From: an uncultured Clostridia bacterium
GTDB lineage: Bacteria; Bacillota; Clostridia; TANB77; CAG-508
DNA length: 44,882 nt
Assembly (NCBI GenBank): GCA_944390295.1
Contig: CALXPV010000002.1
Span: 1-44,882, forward strand
Direction of reading: 5' to 3'
Position numbers and translations under genes: made by a program. The notes under the pieces are model-generated. The model saw nothing but the letters and a program-made list of their open reading frames with translations, did no database searches and was not told where the DNA came from. This document shows positions 9,344-18,712 of the stretch, piece after piece. Each line of letters opens with the position of its first letter. Position 1 is the first letter of the stretch.

Positions 9344-10063
9344 TTATAGCAATATTCCAGCTTCTAAAGCAATTTTTATCATTTTGTTTAATCCTTGTTC
9401 ACGTTCTTCAGCTGATGCTTGTTTTTCTATAAATGGTGAATCTACAACAGTCATTAAACATGCAGCTTTTTTATTTAAAACCTTAGCATTATAAAATAGT
9501 GCAAAAGCTTCCATTTCGGCAGCAATTATATCTAGTTTTTTTGGAAGTCTATTAAAAAATTTCTTTGGATTAGTCATATAAAAATCTACCATATCTGTAC
9601 AAGTTGTATTACCAACAACAATTTTACTTTTAGAAATATCTGCAACTTGTTTAATTACTGAATTTAATGTTTTATCAGCTTGAACAAGATGGCAGTTTTC
9701 ATTATTAAAAGTAAGTGCATAATTTCCTTCTGTGTGAACATTGTCTGCAAGTATAACGTCAAATAAATCTAAATCCTTAGAATAAGCTCCGCAAGAGCCA
9801 ATTCTTATTATATTTTCTACATCATATAATTTATATAATTCATAAGAATAAATACCTACACTAGGCATGCCCATTCCATGAGCCATAACAGAGATTTGCT
9901 TACCTTTGTAATATCCGGTAAAGCCAAGCATATTTCTTACAGTATTAACTAATTTATAATCATCTAAAAAGTTTTCTGCTATATATTTTGCCCTTAAAGG
10001 ATCTCCAGGCATAATAACAGTTTTTGCAAAATCACCTAAATTTGCTTCATTATGTGGTGTCAT
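9344..10063 (-). CDS. deoD: Purine nucleoside phosphorylase, DeoD type
   Basis: MTPHNEANLGDFAKTVIMPGDPLRAKYIAENFL...GMGMPS... closely parallels E. coli and Bacillus DeoD. Confidence 0.93.
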   Translation of the reverse strand: MTPHNEANLGDFAKTVIMPGDPLRAKYIAENFLDDYKLVNTVRNMLGFTGYYKGKQISVMAHGMGMPSVGIYSYELYKLYDVENIIRIGSCGAYSKDLDLFDVILADNVHTEGNYALTFNNENCHLVQADKTLNSVIKQVADISKSKIVVGNTTCTDMVDFYMTNPKKFFNRLPKKLDIIAAEMEAFALFYNAKVLNKKAACLMTVVDSPFIEKQASAEEREQGLNKMIKIALEAGILL

Positions 10064-10228
10064 AATAACCTCCTATTAATATAAAATACAGTAATATTAT
10101 ACCATAAAATAAAAAAACTATAATTAATTGATATATAACTGTAATATAAAAGTAATATTTTGGAAATACACAAATTAAGTCAAAAAATGTATAATATAAA
10201 TGTAAAAAAGCGAAAAGGAGAGATAAAT

Positions 10229-10903
10229 ATGTGGACATGTTTATATTTAAGTCATATAGTTGTAATTATAATGATAATAATAGCTGTTTTAGGTATATTT
10301 TATGGAATATCACAAAAAAAGATTAAAGCATATCAAGTTATCGTTGTTTTTATATTTTGCGTAATTTCTATGGCATTAGTTGCAGGAATAACATCAATGA
10401 ATTGGATAAGTGATTTAAATGCTGAAACAGAAGCTAGTTTTAATAATACAAAATATGATTATTGGTTAGCTGATTCAAGTGAATTTTCAAGATTAGTAAG
10501 TGATAACCTTGATTTTACAAAATATGTTGATACGACTACAGGAAATATAATTGCGGTAAAAAATCAAGCAATATCTACAAACGATAAAGCAGATTTAACA
10601 GATGAAGAAGAAGCGAAAGAAGCATATGAAAATATAGTTATTAAAGACGAATTTAACTTATCTGATGATTATTTAATAACATTAGATTCAGAAAAATTTA
10701 TAAAATTAACAGATGATTTATATTATGTAAGTTATAATTATGAATATACTAAAGATGACGAAAAAGAAACAGGAAAGATTTATTTTATAGCAGATGCTAA
10801 CTATGAAATGAAAACATTTGTTATGACAAATTTAATTAATGAAGATACAGAAAAAGATTTTACAAATAATGTACTAGATCTAATTGGCACAATGGAATTA
10901 TAA
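10229..10903 (+). CDS. Hypothetical N-terminally anchored (2 TM) extracytoplasmic acidic protein
   Basis: ATG at 10229 follows AAAGGAGAG. The track's upstream extension lacks an RBS. Confidence 0.55.
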   Translation: MWTCLYLSHIVVIIMIIIAVLGIFYGISQKKIKAYQVIVVFIFCVISMALVAGITSMNWISDLNAETEASFNNTKYDYWLADSSEFSRLVSDNLDFTKYVDTTTGNIIAVKNQAISTNDKADLTDEEEAKEAYENIVIKDEFNLSDDYLITLDSEKFIKLTDDLYYVSYNYEYTKDDEKETGKIYFIADANYEMKTFVMTNLINEDTEKDFTNNVLDLIGTMEL

Positions 10904-10917
10904 GGAGGTAGAAGAAT

Positions 10918-11307
10918 ATGACAATGGCGTTAAACTTTGTTTTTGATATAATAGTCGCAATTTTAGTATATGAATATTTAAAAAGAGACAAAAAAGTGGA
11001 AGCGTATGCATCAGCAGTTATAGTTAAAGTAGCATATTTTCTATCATCTACTATAATATTGGGACAATTTAATTTTGCAGAATTTATATTATACGTATTA
11101 GTTATGGTTTGTATTGCTAGATTATATATGATAATAATAGAAACAGTATATACAAAAGAAATGAAAACAATATTATTTATATTTGTAGCTTCACTAATTG
11201 GAATGGTTATAATGACATTTATGGGACAAATTTTACATACATTATTATTTGAATTATTAACATTATTTGCGACAACATTTAATTATTCTTTACAAAAAAT
11301 ATCATAA
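10918..11307 (+). CDS. Hypothetical 4-TM membrane protein
   Basis: RBS GGAGG. Hydrophobic 129-aa ORF 14 nt after the preceding gene. Confidence 0.55.
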   Translation: MTMALNFVFDIIVAILVYEYLKRDKKVEAYASAVIVKVAYFLSSTIILGQFNFAEFILYVLVMVCIARLYMIIIETVYTKEMKTILFIFVASLIGMVIMTFMGQILHTLLFELLTLFATTFNYSLQKIS

Positions 11308-11363
11308 TTTGATTGAAAGTAAATTAATGTTATGATAATATAATCAAAGAAGAAAAAGTATTT

Positions 11364-11411
11364 AAGAGATTAAAAAAAAACCGATTTTGGCGATTTTTTA
11401 ATCTCTTTTTT
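11364..11411 (+). terminator. Terminator of the 10229-11307 operon
   Basis: AAGAGATTAAAAAA...TTTTTTAATCTCTT followed by TTTT. Confidence 0.6.
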
Positions 11412-11419
11412 GTATACTA

Positions 11420-11522
11420 GGAAAGTTCTCCTAGTAGGAGAACTTTCTGTAGTAGACAATTATGGCGAGTGTTAGATTTTCTAGCATTTACCAATGCGTA
11501 GAAAATCTTATATTCGCTTTTT
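11420..11522 (+). promoter_or_regulatory. pyrG leader: perfect 11-bp hairpin plus long terminator/attenuator hairpin
   Basis: GAAAGTTCTCC-TAGTA-GGAGAACTTTC (11421-11447). GCGAGTGTTAGATTTTCTAGC-N10-GCGTAGAAAATCTTATATTCGC followed by TTTTT (11465-11522), 25 nt before the pyrG ATG. pyrG is attenuation-controlled in Gram-positives. Confidence 0.5.
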
Positions 11523-11547
11523 GGTATTTTAGAAAGGGGTTTTATTT

Positions 11548-13146
11548 ATGAATACTAAATATATTTTTGTAACAGGCGGAGTTGTATCTGGACTCGGAAA
11601 AGGGATAACTGCAGCATCATTAGGTAGATTATTAAAAAATAGAGGATATAAAGTAACAATACAAAAATTTGATCCATACCTAAATGTTGATCCTGGTACA
11701 ATGAGCCCATATGAACATGGAGAAGTATTTGTTACAGATGATGGAGCAGAAACAGATTTAGACTTAGGACATTACGAAAGATTTATTGATGAAAATTTAA
11801 CAAAGGATTCTAGTATAACTATGGGAAAGATTTATTTAGAAGTACTAGAAAAAGAAAGAAGAGGAGATTACTTAGGAAAAACAGTACAAGTTATACCTCA
11901 TGTAACAAATGAGATAAAAGAAAAAATTTATAGTTTTGAAAATACAGATACTGATATAGTAATTACAGAAATAGGTGGAACAGTAGGAGATATAGAAGGT
12001 CTTTCTATAATAGAAGCAATAAGACAAGTAGGCTTAGAAAAAAATCCAGAAGATGTATTATATATACATGTAACACTTCTTCCATATATTACAGGTTCAA
12101 ATGAGATAAAATCAAAACCAACACAACATTCTGTTAAAGAATTACAATCATATGGAATAAAACCAAATATACTAGTATGTAGAAGTGAAATTGAAATTCC
12201 AGATTCCATTAGAGAAAAATTAGCATTATTTTGTAATGTAAGAAAAGAAAATGTAATTCAAAATAAAACAGTAAAATGTTTATATGAAGTACCGCTTATG
12301 TTAGAAAAAGAGGGACTAGGAAGAGCAGTTTGTAACCAATTAAGATTAGATAATTACATTCCAGACAATTCTGAGTGGCAAGATATGATAGATAAAATAA
12401 ATAATATACAAGATAAAACAGTAAAAATTGCAATTGTAGGAAAATATACTAGATTAGAAGATTCGTATATATCAGTTATTGAGAGCTTAACACATGCTGG
12501 TTATGCAAATAATGTAAAAGTAAAAGTAGATTTAATAGATTCAGAAAAATTAAATAAAGATAATGTAAAAGAAAAGTTAAAAGAATATAACGGAATTGTA
12601 GTTCCAGGTGGATTTGGAAATAGAGGAATAGAAGGAATGATAACAGCAATTGAATACGTTAGAGAAAATAATATTCCTTTTTTAGGTATATGCCTTGGAA
12701 TGCAAATGTCTGTTATAGAATATGCAAGAAATGTATTAAAATTAGAAGATGTAAATTCAGAGGAATTTGATGAAAATGCTAAGAACAAAGTAATTCATAT
12801 AATGGATGAACAAAAAGATGTAAAGAAAAAAGGCGGAACTATGAGATTAGGAGCATATCCTTGTTTATTAAAAGATGATAGTAAAGTAAAAGAATTATAT
12901 GGTAAAGAGAACATTTCAGAAAGACATAGACACCGTTTTGAATATAATAATGATTATAAAGAAAAATTAGAAAAAGCAGGATTAATATGTTCAGGAGTTT
13001 CTCCAAATGGAAAATTAGTAGAAATCGTAGAATATACAAAGCATCCATTTTTTATAGGAGTTCAATTCCATCCTGAATTAAAATCAAGACCAAATAGACC
13101 AGCTCCAGTATTTGTGGGATTAATAAAAGCTGCGATGGGGATTTAG
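11548..13146 (+). CDS. pyrG: CTP synthase
   Basis: [20 protein letters not shown]..., GATase domain with GICLGMQ and HRHRFE. Confidence 0.97.
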   Translation: MNTKYIFVTGGVVSGLGKGITAASLGRLLKNRGYKVTIQKFDPYLNVDPGTMSPYEHGEVFVTDDGAETDLDLGHYERFIDENLTKDSSITMGKIYLEVLEKERRGDYLGKTVQVIPHVTNEIKEKIYSFENTDTDIVITEIGGTVGDIEGLSIIEAIRQVGLEKNPEDVLYIHVTLLPYITGSNEIKSKPTQHSVKELQSYGIKPNILVCRSEIEIPDSIREKLALFCNVRKENVIQNKTVKCLYEVPLMLEKEGLGRAVCNQLRLDNYIPDNSEWQDMIDKINNIQDKTVKIAIVGKYTRLEDSYISVIESLTHAGYANNVKVKVDLIDSEKLNKDNVKEKLKEYNGIVVPGGFGNRGIEGMITAIEYVRENNIPFLGICLGMQMSVIEYARNVLKLEDVNSEEFDENAKNKVIHIMDEQKDVKKKGGTMRLGAYPCLLKDDSKVKELYGKENISERHRHRFEYNNDYKEKLEKAGLICSGVSPNGKLVEIVEYTKHPFFIGVQFHPELKSRPNRPAPVFVGLIKAAMGI

Positions 13147-13167
13147 GGACGGTCCTAAAATCCCTAT
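13137..13167 (+). repeat. Palindromic element, copy B (supplies the last codons and stop of pyrG)
   Basis: GGGGATTTAGGGACGGTCCTAAAATCCCTAT. The pyrG stop TAG lies inside the left arm. Confidence 0.8.
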
Positions 13168-13181
13168 ACAAATTAATAAAT

Positions 13182-13217
13182 AAAAAAGAAAAAAGGCTCG
13201 AGCATTGCTCTAGCCTT
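13182..13217 (-). terminator. Terminator of the ABC exporter gene
   Basis: Minus strand reads AAGGCTAGAGC-AAT-GCTCGAGCCTT followed by TTTTTCTTTTTT. The stem overlaps the stop codon. Confidence 0.65.
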
Positions 13218-14898
13218 CATCTGCGAGTTTTCGGAATGAACTATTCCTTTTGTAAAGGTCGGAATATGAACCTGTATCAACAATTTTACCATCTTCCATA
13301 TAAAAGATAACATCTGCATCCTCTAAGATATGAAGGCGGTGAGCTACCATTATAATTGTATGATTTTCGGTAACTCTTTTTAATGTTGATATTATTCTGC
13401 TTTGAGTTATATTGTCCATTGCAGACGTAGCCTCATCTAGCAGAATAATTTTCGAAGTTCGGAGTGGAATTCTTGCCAGTGCCAACCTCTGAAGCTGACT
13501 ACCTGAAAGAGATGAACGGTTGATAACAGTATCAAGTCCGTTTTCCAACTCCTTAACAAATCCGTCTGCATCTGCATATTTCAATGCTTCCCACATATCT
13601 TTTTCTGTGGCATTTTCATTTGCCATTTGAAGATTTTCCCTTACAGCCATTGTAAAGACACAGGGCGTTTGTGGAGCATGCCGTATTGCTGCTCTTATAC
13701 TGTAATCATCTAACTCATTTAAATTTAATCCATCTAATAATATTTCACCAGAATCTGGGATAATATCATGAGATAAGACTTTTAATAGAGTAGATTTTCC
13801 ACAGCCTCCTTGGCCAACAATTCCTACAAAGGAATTAGCCTCTATGTTGATAGATATATTATCCAAAATGGTTTTATCTTCAACACAGACTGTAACATCC
13901 TTTAAGGCAAGATTGCCTTTCACATCTGAAAGATGTAGATGCACGCTACCGCATGGATCTTTTTCGAGTACTGACCTGTACTTTAGAACTTCATTTATTC
14001 GATTCTTTGATACAGTAAGGCCTGACCAAAAAGTACCAATGCGATTTATAGATGAAACTAATACCATCATATAGTTTTTATACATATATAATGTAATTAG
14101 CTCTTCTACGGTTAATTGGTCTACACTAATTAACCATATTCCTAATGCAAAAAATGCAAATAGGAAAGAATTTAGAATTACTGAAGTAATTACATTATTT
14201 TTAGCAATTACATCAGTTTCTTCTACAGAAGAACTTGTTTCATCTACGAGAGAATTTTCTAAGGTTCTCTTGATATTTGGACCTAAAAGTTGTCCTTTTA
14301 TATCTAATACACCTTCGATAAATTCCCTTATCATACTGCGAGTTCTTTCATGCGCAGTCTGACATGCTTCCCTTTTTTCCTTTAACTTATACATAGCACT
14401 TCTCTGATAAAAGAAAATTGCTATAACAGCTACTAAGAAAAGAAGGAAAATTTGCCAACTAACAAATGCTGTATATATCAGCACCAATAATCCAGTAAAA
14501 AGGCTGAACCATTGACTTGCTAGTTGAAAGATATTTTCCACCAAATTATCTGCTTCACAAACGATTGATGTTAATCGCTCGTTATTGTTATATTTTTTGA
14601 TGGAATTCGAGGTTGAATTAATTAACCTCCTGCCAACTTCCAGCTTTATATTATTAGAAATTGACAATTTACACCGAATTTCTATCTTACTTTTTTTGGA
14701 ATTTAGAACAGAAGACAAAATTCCTAATATAAGTGAAAATCCGGCAAGTATTAAAGCCAGCACAAAATTGTTTAAAGAAACCACAAGCTTGCTGGTAATT
14801 TGTGGTTCTACTACTTGAATTAAAGAAATAATAAGTCCTAAAATAAGGACTGCTATTATTCTTTTCCATTCACTCCGAAAAAACTTTTTTGATGTCAT
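13210..14898 (-). CDS. Half-size ABC exporter (fused 6-TM permease plus ATPase), no N-terminal peptidase domain
   Basis: Walker A GQGGCGKST, signature LSGSQ, Walker B ILLDEATSAMD, H-loop AHRL. RBS GGAGGAAG. Spot GC is about 38%. Confidence 0.85.
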   Translation of the reverse strand: MTSKKFFRSEWKRIIAVLILGLIISLIQVVEPQITSKLVVSLNNFVLALILAGFSLILGILSSVLNSKKSKIEIRCKLSISNNIKLEVGRRLINSTSNSIKKYNNNERLTSIVCEADNLVENIFQLASQWFSLFTGLLVLIYTAFVSWQIFLLFLVAVIAIFFYQRSAMYKLKEKREACQTAHERTRSMIREFIEGVLDIKGQLLGPNIKRTLENSLVDETSSSVEETDVIAKNNVITSVILNSFLFAFFALGIWLISVDQLTVEELITLYMYKNYMMVLVSSINRIGTFWSGLTVSKNRINEVLKYRSVLEKDPCGSVHLHLSDVKGNLALKDVTVCVEDKTILDNISINIEANSFVGIVGQGGCGKSTLLKVLSHDIIPDSGEILLDGLNLNELDDYSIRAAIRHAPQTPCVFTMAVRENLQMANENATEKDMWEALKYADADGFVKELENGLDTVINRSSLSGSQLQRLALARIPLRTSKIILLDEATSAMDNITQSRIISTLKRVTENHTIIMVAHRLHILEDADVIFYMEDGKIVDTGSYSDLYKRNSSFRKLADEG

Positions 14899-15136
14899 AA
14901 GCTCTTCCTCCTATAAAAAATATCTTCACTATGTTGACTGATAAAAATGTAACATAGGAAATAACAACAACTACTTAACATAATTATAACATATAATGAA
15001 AATACGGGCAATTAAATGATTTAAGTCACAATAATTTATAATAAAAATAAAAAAATAGTTCTAAAAGCAATTAAATACTAATAAAATTAATAGTGAATGG
15101 GCTTGTTTAAAAAGAAATGTGAATTTTGTGTGAAAA

Positions 15137-15163
15137 TTAGCAAACTCACTTGACAATTGCTAA
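15137..15163 (+). promoter_or_regulatory. Degenerate CIRCE-like inverted repeat overlapping the groES -35
   Basis: TTAGCAAAC-N9-AATTGCTAA. 7 of 9 arm positions pair and the spacing is the CIRCE N9. Confidence 0.45.
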
Positions 15164-15178
15164 TAAAAGGTATAAATT
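15150..15178 (+). promoter_or_regulatory. groESL sigmaA-type promoter
   Basis: TTGACA (15150-15155), 17 nt, TAAATT (15173-15178). Confidence 0.55.
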
Positions 15179-15179
15179 A

Positions 15180-15206
15180 TTAGCAGTCACAAAGAAAGAG
15201 TGCTAA
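15180..15206 (+). promoter_or_regulatory. CIRCE operator (HrcA binding site)
   Basis: TTAGCAGTC-N9-GAGTGCTAA versus consensus TTAGCACTC-N9-GAGTGCTAA. Confidence 0.85.
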
Positions 15207-15243
15207 TAAATCGACATATTAAAAATATAGGAGGTAATGTGTA

Positions 15244-15525
15244 ATGATAAGACCATTAGCAGACAGAGTATTATTAAAAATGGAAGAAGAAGAGGAAAAA
15301 ACAAAAAGTGGAATCATTCTATCAACATCAGCAAAGGAAAAAACACAAACAGCAAAAGTAATAGAGGTTGGACCAGGAGAAAAAATTGATGGAAAATTAG
15401 AAGAAATGTATATAAAAAAAGGAGATAGAGTAATAATAAATACTTACTCTGGATCAGATGTTAAATATGAAGGCGAAGAATACAAAATTGTAAGACAATC
15501 AGATATTTTAGCTATTATAGATTAG
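15244..15525 (+). CDS. groES: Co-chaperonin GroES
   Basis: MIRPLADRVLLK..., 93 aa, directly upstream of groEL. Confidence 0.97.
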   Translation: MIRPLADRVLLKMEEEEEKTKSGIILSTSAKEKTQTAKVIEVGPGEKIDGKLEEMYIKKGDRVIINTYSGSDVKYEGEEYKIVRQSDILAIID

Positions 15526-15541
15526 TAAGAAAGGTTGGTAA

Positions 15542-17185
<1,644 letters not shown>

Positions 17186-17197
17186 TAAAAAGAAAAA

Positions 17198-17228
17198 AGG
17201 GATTTGGGGACGGTCCTAAAATCCCTAT
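17198..17228 (+). repeat. Palindromic element, copy C (12 nt after the groEL stop)
   Basis: AGGGATTTGGGGACGGTCCTAAAATCCCTAT. Confidence 0.8.
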
Positions 17229-17293
17229 TATGTAAAAAAGATTTAAAGGCAAAACTTTAAGTATTTTTTGCTTAATAGGAAACAGTGAAATTA

Positions 17294-17322
17294 TTGAAAA
17301 AAGTTACATAATGTGGTAAAAT
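17294..17322 (+). promoter_or_regulatory. Candidate promoter of the C39-like peptidase gene
   Basis: TTGAAA, 17 nt (ending TGG), TAAAAT. Confidence 0.4.
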
Positions 17323-17379
17323 TAAAAATGAGCAACTTGTAATATTTTAATGCCAGCATTTGGCAGAAGGAGGAAAGAA

Positions 17380-18096
17380 ATGAAAGGGCAAAGAACGAGT
17401 TGGATAATGGAGCAGGAGATGCTTGAAGCTAATGTAGCTCCAAATATTTATGAGGAGCTGAAAGAGGCATGGAAGCAAGAAGCAGAATCACTTCGGCAAT
17501 CAATTGAAACATGGGAAAAACCGAAGGGTATTCTGTATGCGGCATCACTTAAAACTGCAGGACTGGTAAGATATATGCCGGTGCAGAGTTCCTTAACAGA
17601 AATTCCGTTTAGGGATGAAAGTAAAGGCGACACAACATCTACTGTAGCATCCAGTGGATGTGCAATTATCGTAGCGAAGTTCTTGGAACGGTATTTCGAC
17701 TGTGACAAGAACATGCAAATTAAGCATCTGGCAGAGATGGCCGTGGAATGTGGATACTGCGACTACAAACTGGTGGACGGAGTCTGGAAGAAGATGGAAA
17801 TGGCCCATATCTGGTTCGATAAATTTGTGCCGAGATTTTTCGGACTTAAGAGTCAGAGAATATCTGATATCAACCAGATTATGTTCGCTCTGGACGAAAA
17901 AAGAGTGCCGGTTCTTCTTGTCAGGAATTCTGTTTACAAACAGGATCCGGAAAACACCGATTCACACTTGGTATGTGTATTAGGAATCGACAAGAACGGA
18001 TATCATCTTTACGATCCGGAAATCCCGGAGATAACTCGTTGTGAATTCGAAAGAATTCACGAATCTATTCGTTTAGGATGGATTTTCTCCAAATAA
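17380..18096 (+). CDS. Papain-fold, peptidase C39-like cysteine peptidase (cytoplasmic, stand-alone)
   Basis: ATG at 17380 is 5 nt after GAAGGAGGA. Candidate triad Cys in SSGCAIIVAKFL, His in DSHLVCVLG, Asp in YDPE (about 100 and 16 residues apart). No signal peptide. Spot GC is about 42%. Confidence 0.5.
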   Translation: MKGQRTSWIMEQEMLEANVAPNIYEELKEAWKQEAESLRQSIETWEKPKGILYAASLKTAGLVRYMPVQSSLTEIPFRDESKGDTTSTVASSGCAIIVAKFLERYFDCDKNMQIKHLAEMAVECGYCDYKLVDGVWKKMEMAHIWFDKFVPRFFGLKSQRISDINQIMFALDEKRVPVLLVRNSVYKQDPENTDSHLVCVLGIDKNGYHLYDPEIPEITRCEFERIHESIRLGWIFSK

Positions 18097-18108
18097 TGCG
18101 AAAGTGTG

Positions 18109-18138
18109 CAAGCAGATAGAGATTCTTCTATCTGCTTG
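18109..18138 (+). terminator. Terminator of the peptidase gene
   Basis: CAAGCAGATAGA-GATTCT-TCTATCTGCTTG. Confidence 0.7.
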
Positions 18139-18165
18139 TTCCTAATATAGTAGATTAGAATAATA

Positions 18166-18200
18166 AAAATCGCTTGGTAATAATTATACCAAGCGATTTT
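18166..18200. terminator. Stem-loop terminating the minus-strand small-peptide genes
   Basis: AAAATCGCTTGGTA-N7-TACCAAGCGATTTT, 36 nt downstream of the peptide-B stop on the minus strand. Confidence 0.6.
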
Positions 18201-18235
18201 GAATTTTAAGGACAAATTTAAAAATTAAAATATGA

Positions 18236-18358
18236 CTAACAGCATCCGTTTCTTCTATTTCCACCGCAACAACAGAATATTAAAATTAATAATATTATCC
18301 ATATGCAACTGTCATCACCGAAACCGAAGCCACATCCACAACCTCTATTTTCTGGCAT
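18236..18358 (-). CDS. 40-aa Cys/Gly-rich single-TM peptide B
   Basis: Translated by hand: MPENRGCGCGFGFGDDSCIWIILLILIFCCCGGNRRNGCC*. SD AAAGGAGGG is 6 nt from the ATG. Below the ORF-track length cutoff. Confidence 0.6.
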   Translation of the reverse strand: MPENRGCGCGFGFGDDSCIWIILLILIFCCCGGNRRNGCC

Positions 18359-18441
18359 TGTAATCCCTCCTTTCGATAACTAAGTACTATAATTGATACT
18401 GCTCAATTATAATTACTGAAGAAAAATTAACAGTAATTTAA

Positions 18442-18564
18442 TTAGCATCCACAAGGATCACATGGTGAGTCACATCCGCATCCAGCATTTCTGCCATTTC
18501 CACATCCACAGAAAAGTAATAAGAAAAGAATGATGAACCATAATAAATCATTATTACAACACAT
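18442..18564 (-). CDS. 40-aa Cys/Gly-rich single-TM peptide A
   Basis: Translated by hand: MCCNNDLLWFIILFLLLFCGCGNGRNAGCGCDSPCDPCGC*. SD AAGGGAGG is 8 nt from the ATG. Paralogous to peptide B. Confidence 0.6.
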   Translation of the reverse strand: MCCNNDLLWFIILFLLLFCGCGNGRNAGCGCDSPCDPCGC

Positions 18565-18712
18565 AATAATTACCTCCCTTTTCTCTAAAACCTAAGTATT
18601 TATTTTCTTAGTATGATATATCTTATTCGAAAGTTATCTATTGTGTTACTAAAAAAATAATGATATAATTTTTTGCAGAATGGTAGTGTATAAAGAAAAA
18701 GGAGATAAATTT

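Noticed and set aside
17448-17983. Alternative-frame and antisense ORFs (17448-17714, 17593-17808, 17702-17983) within the C39-like gene
   Set aside because: They arise because the higher GC lowers stop-codon frequency. They have no RBS and are nested in the better-supported 238-aa frame.
18236-18564. Cys-rich peptides as lanthipeptide, sactipeptide or other RiPP precursors, or as metallothioneins
   Set aside because: There is no LanB/C/M, radical-SAM, YcaO or similar maturase in the window, and no recognisable leader/core split. The central strongly hydrophobic helix argues for membrane insertion rather than a soluble metallothionein. I keep this only as an open question.
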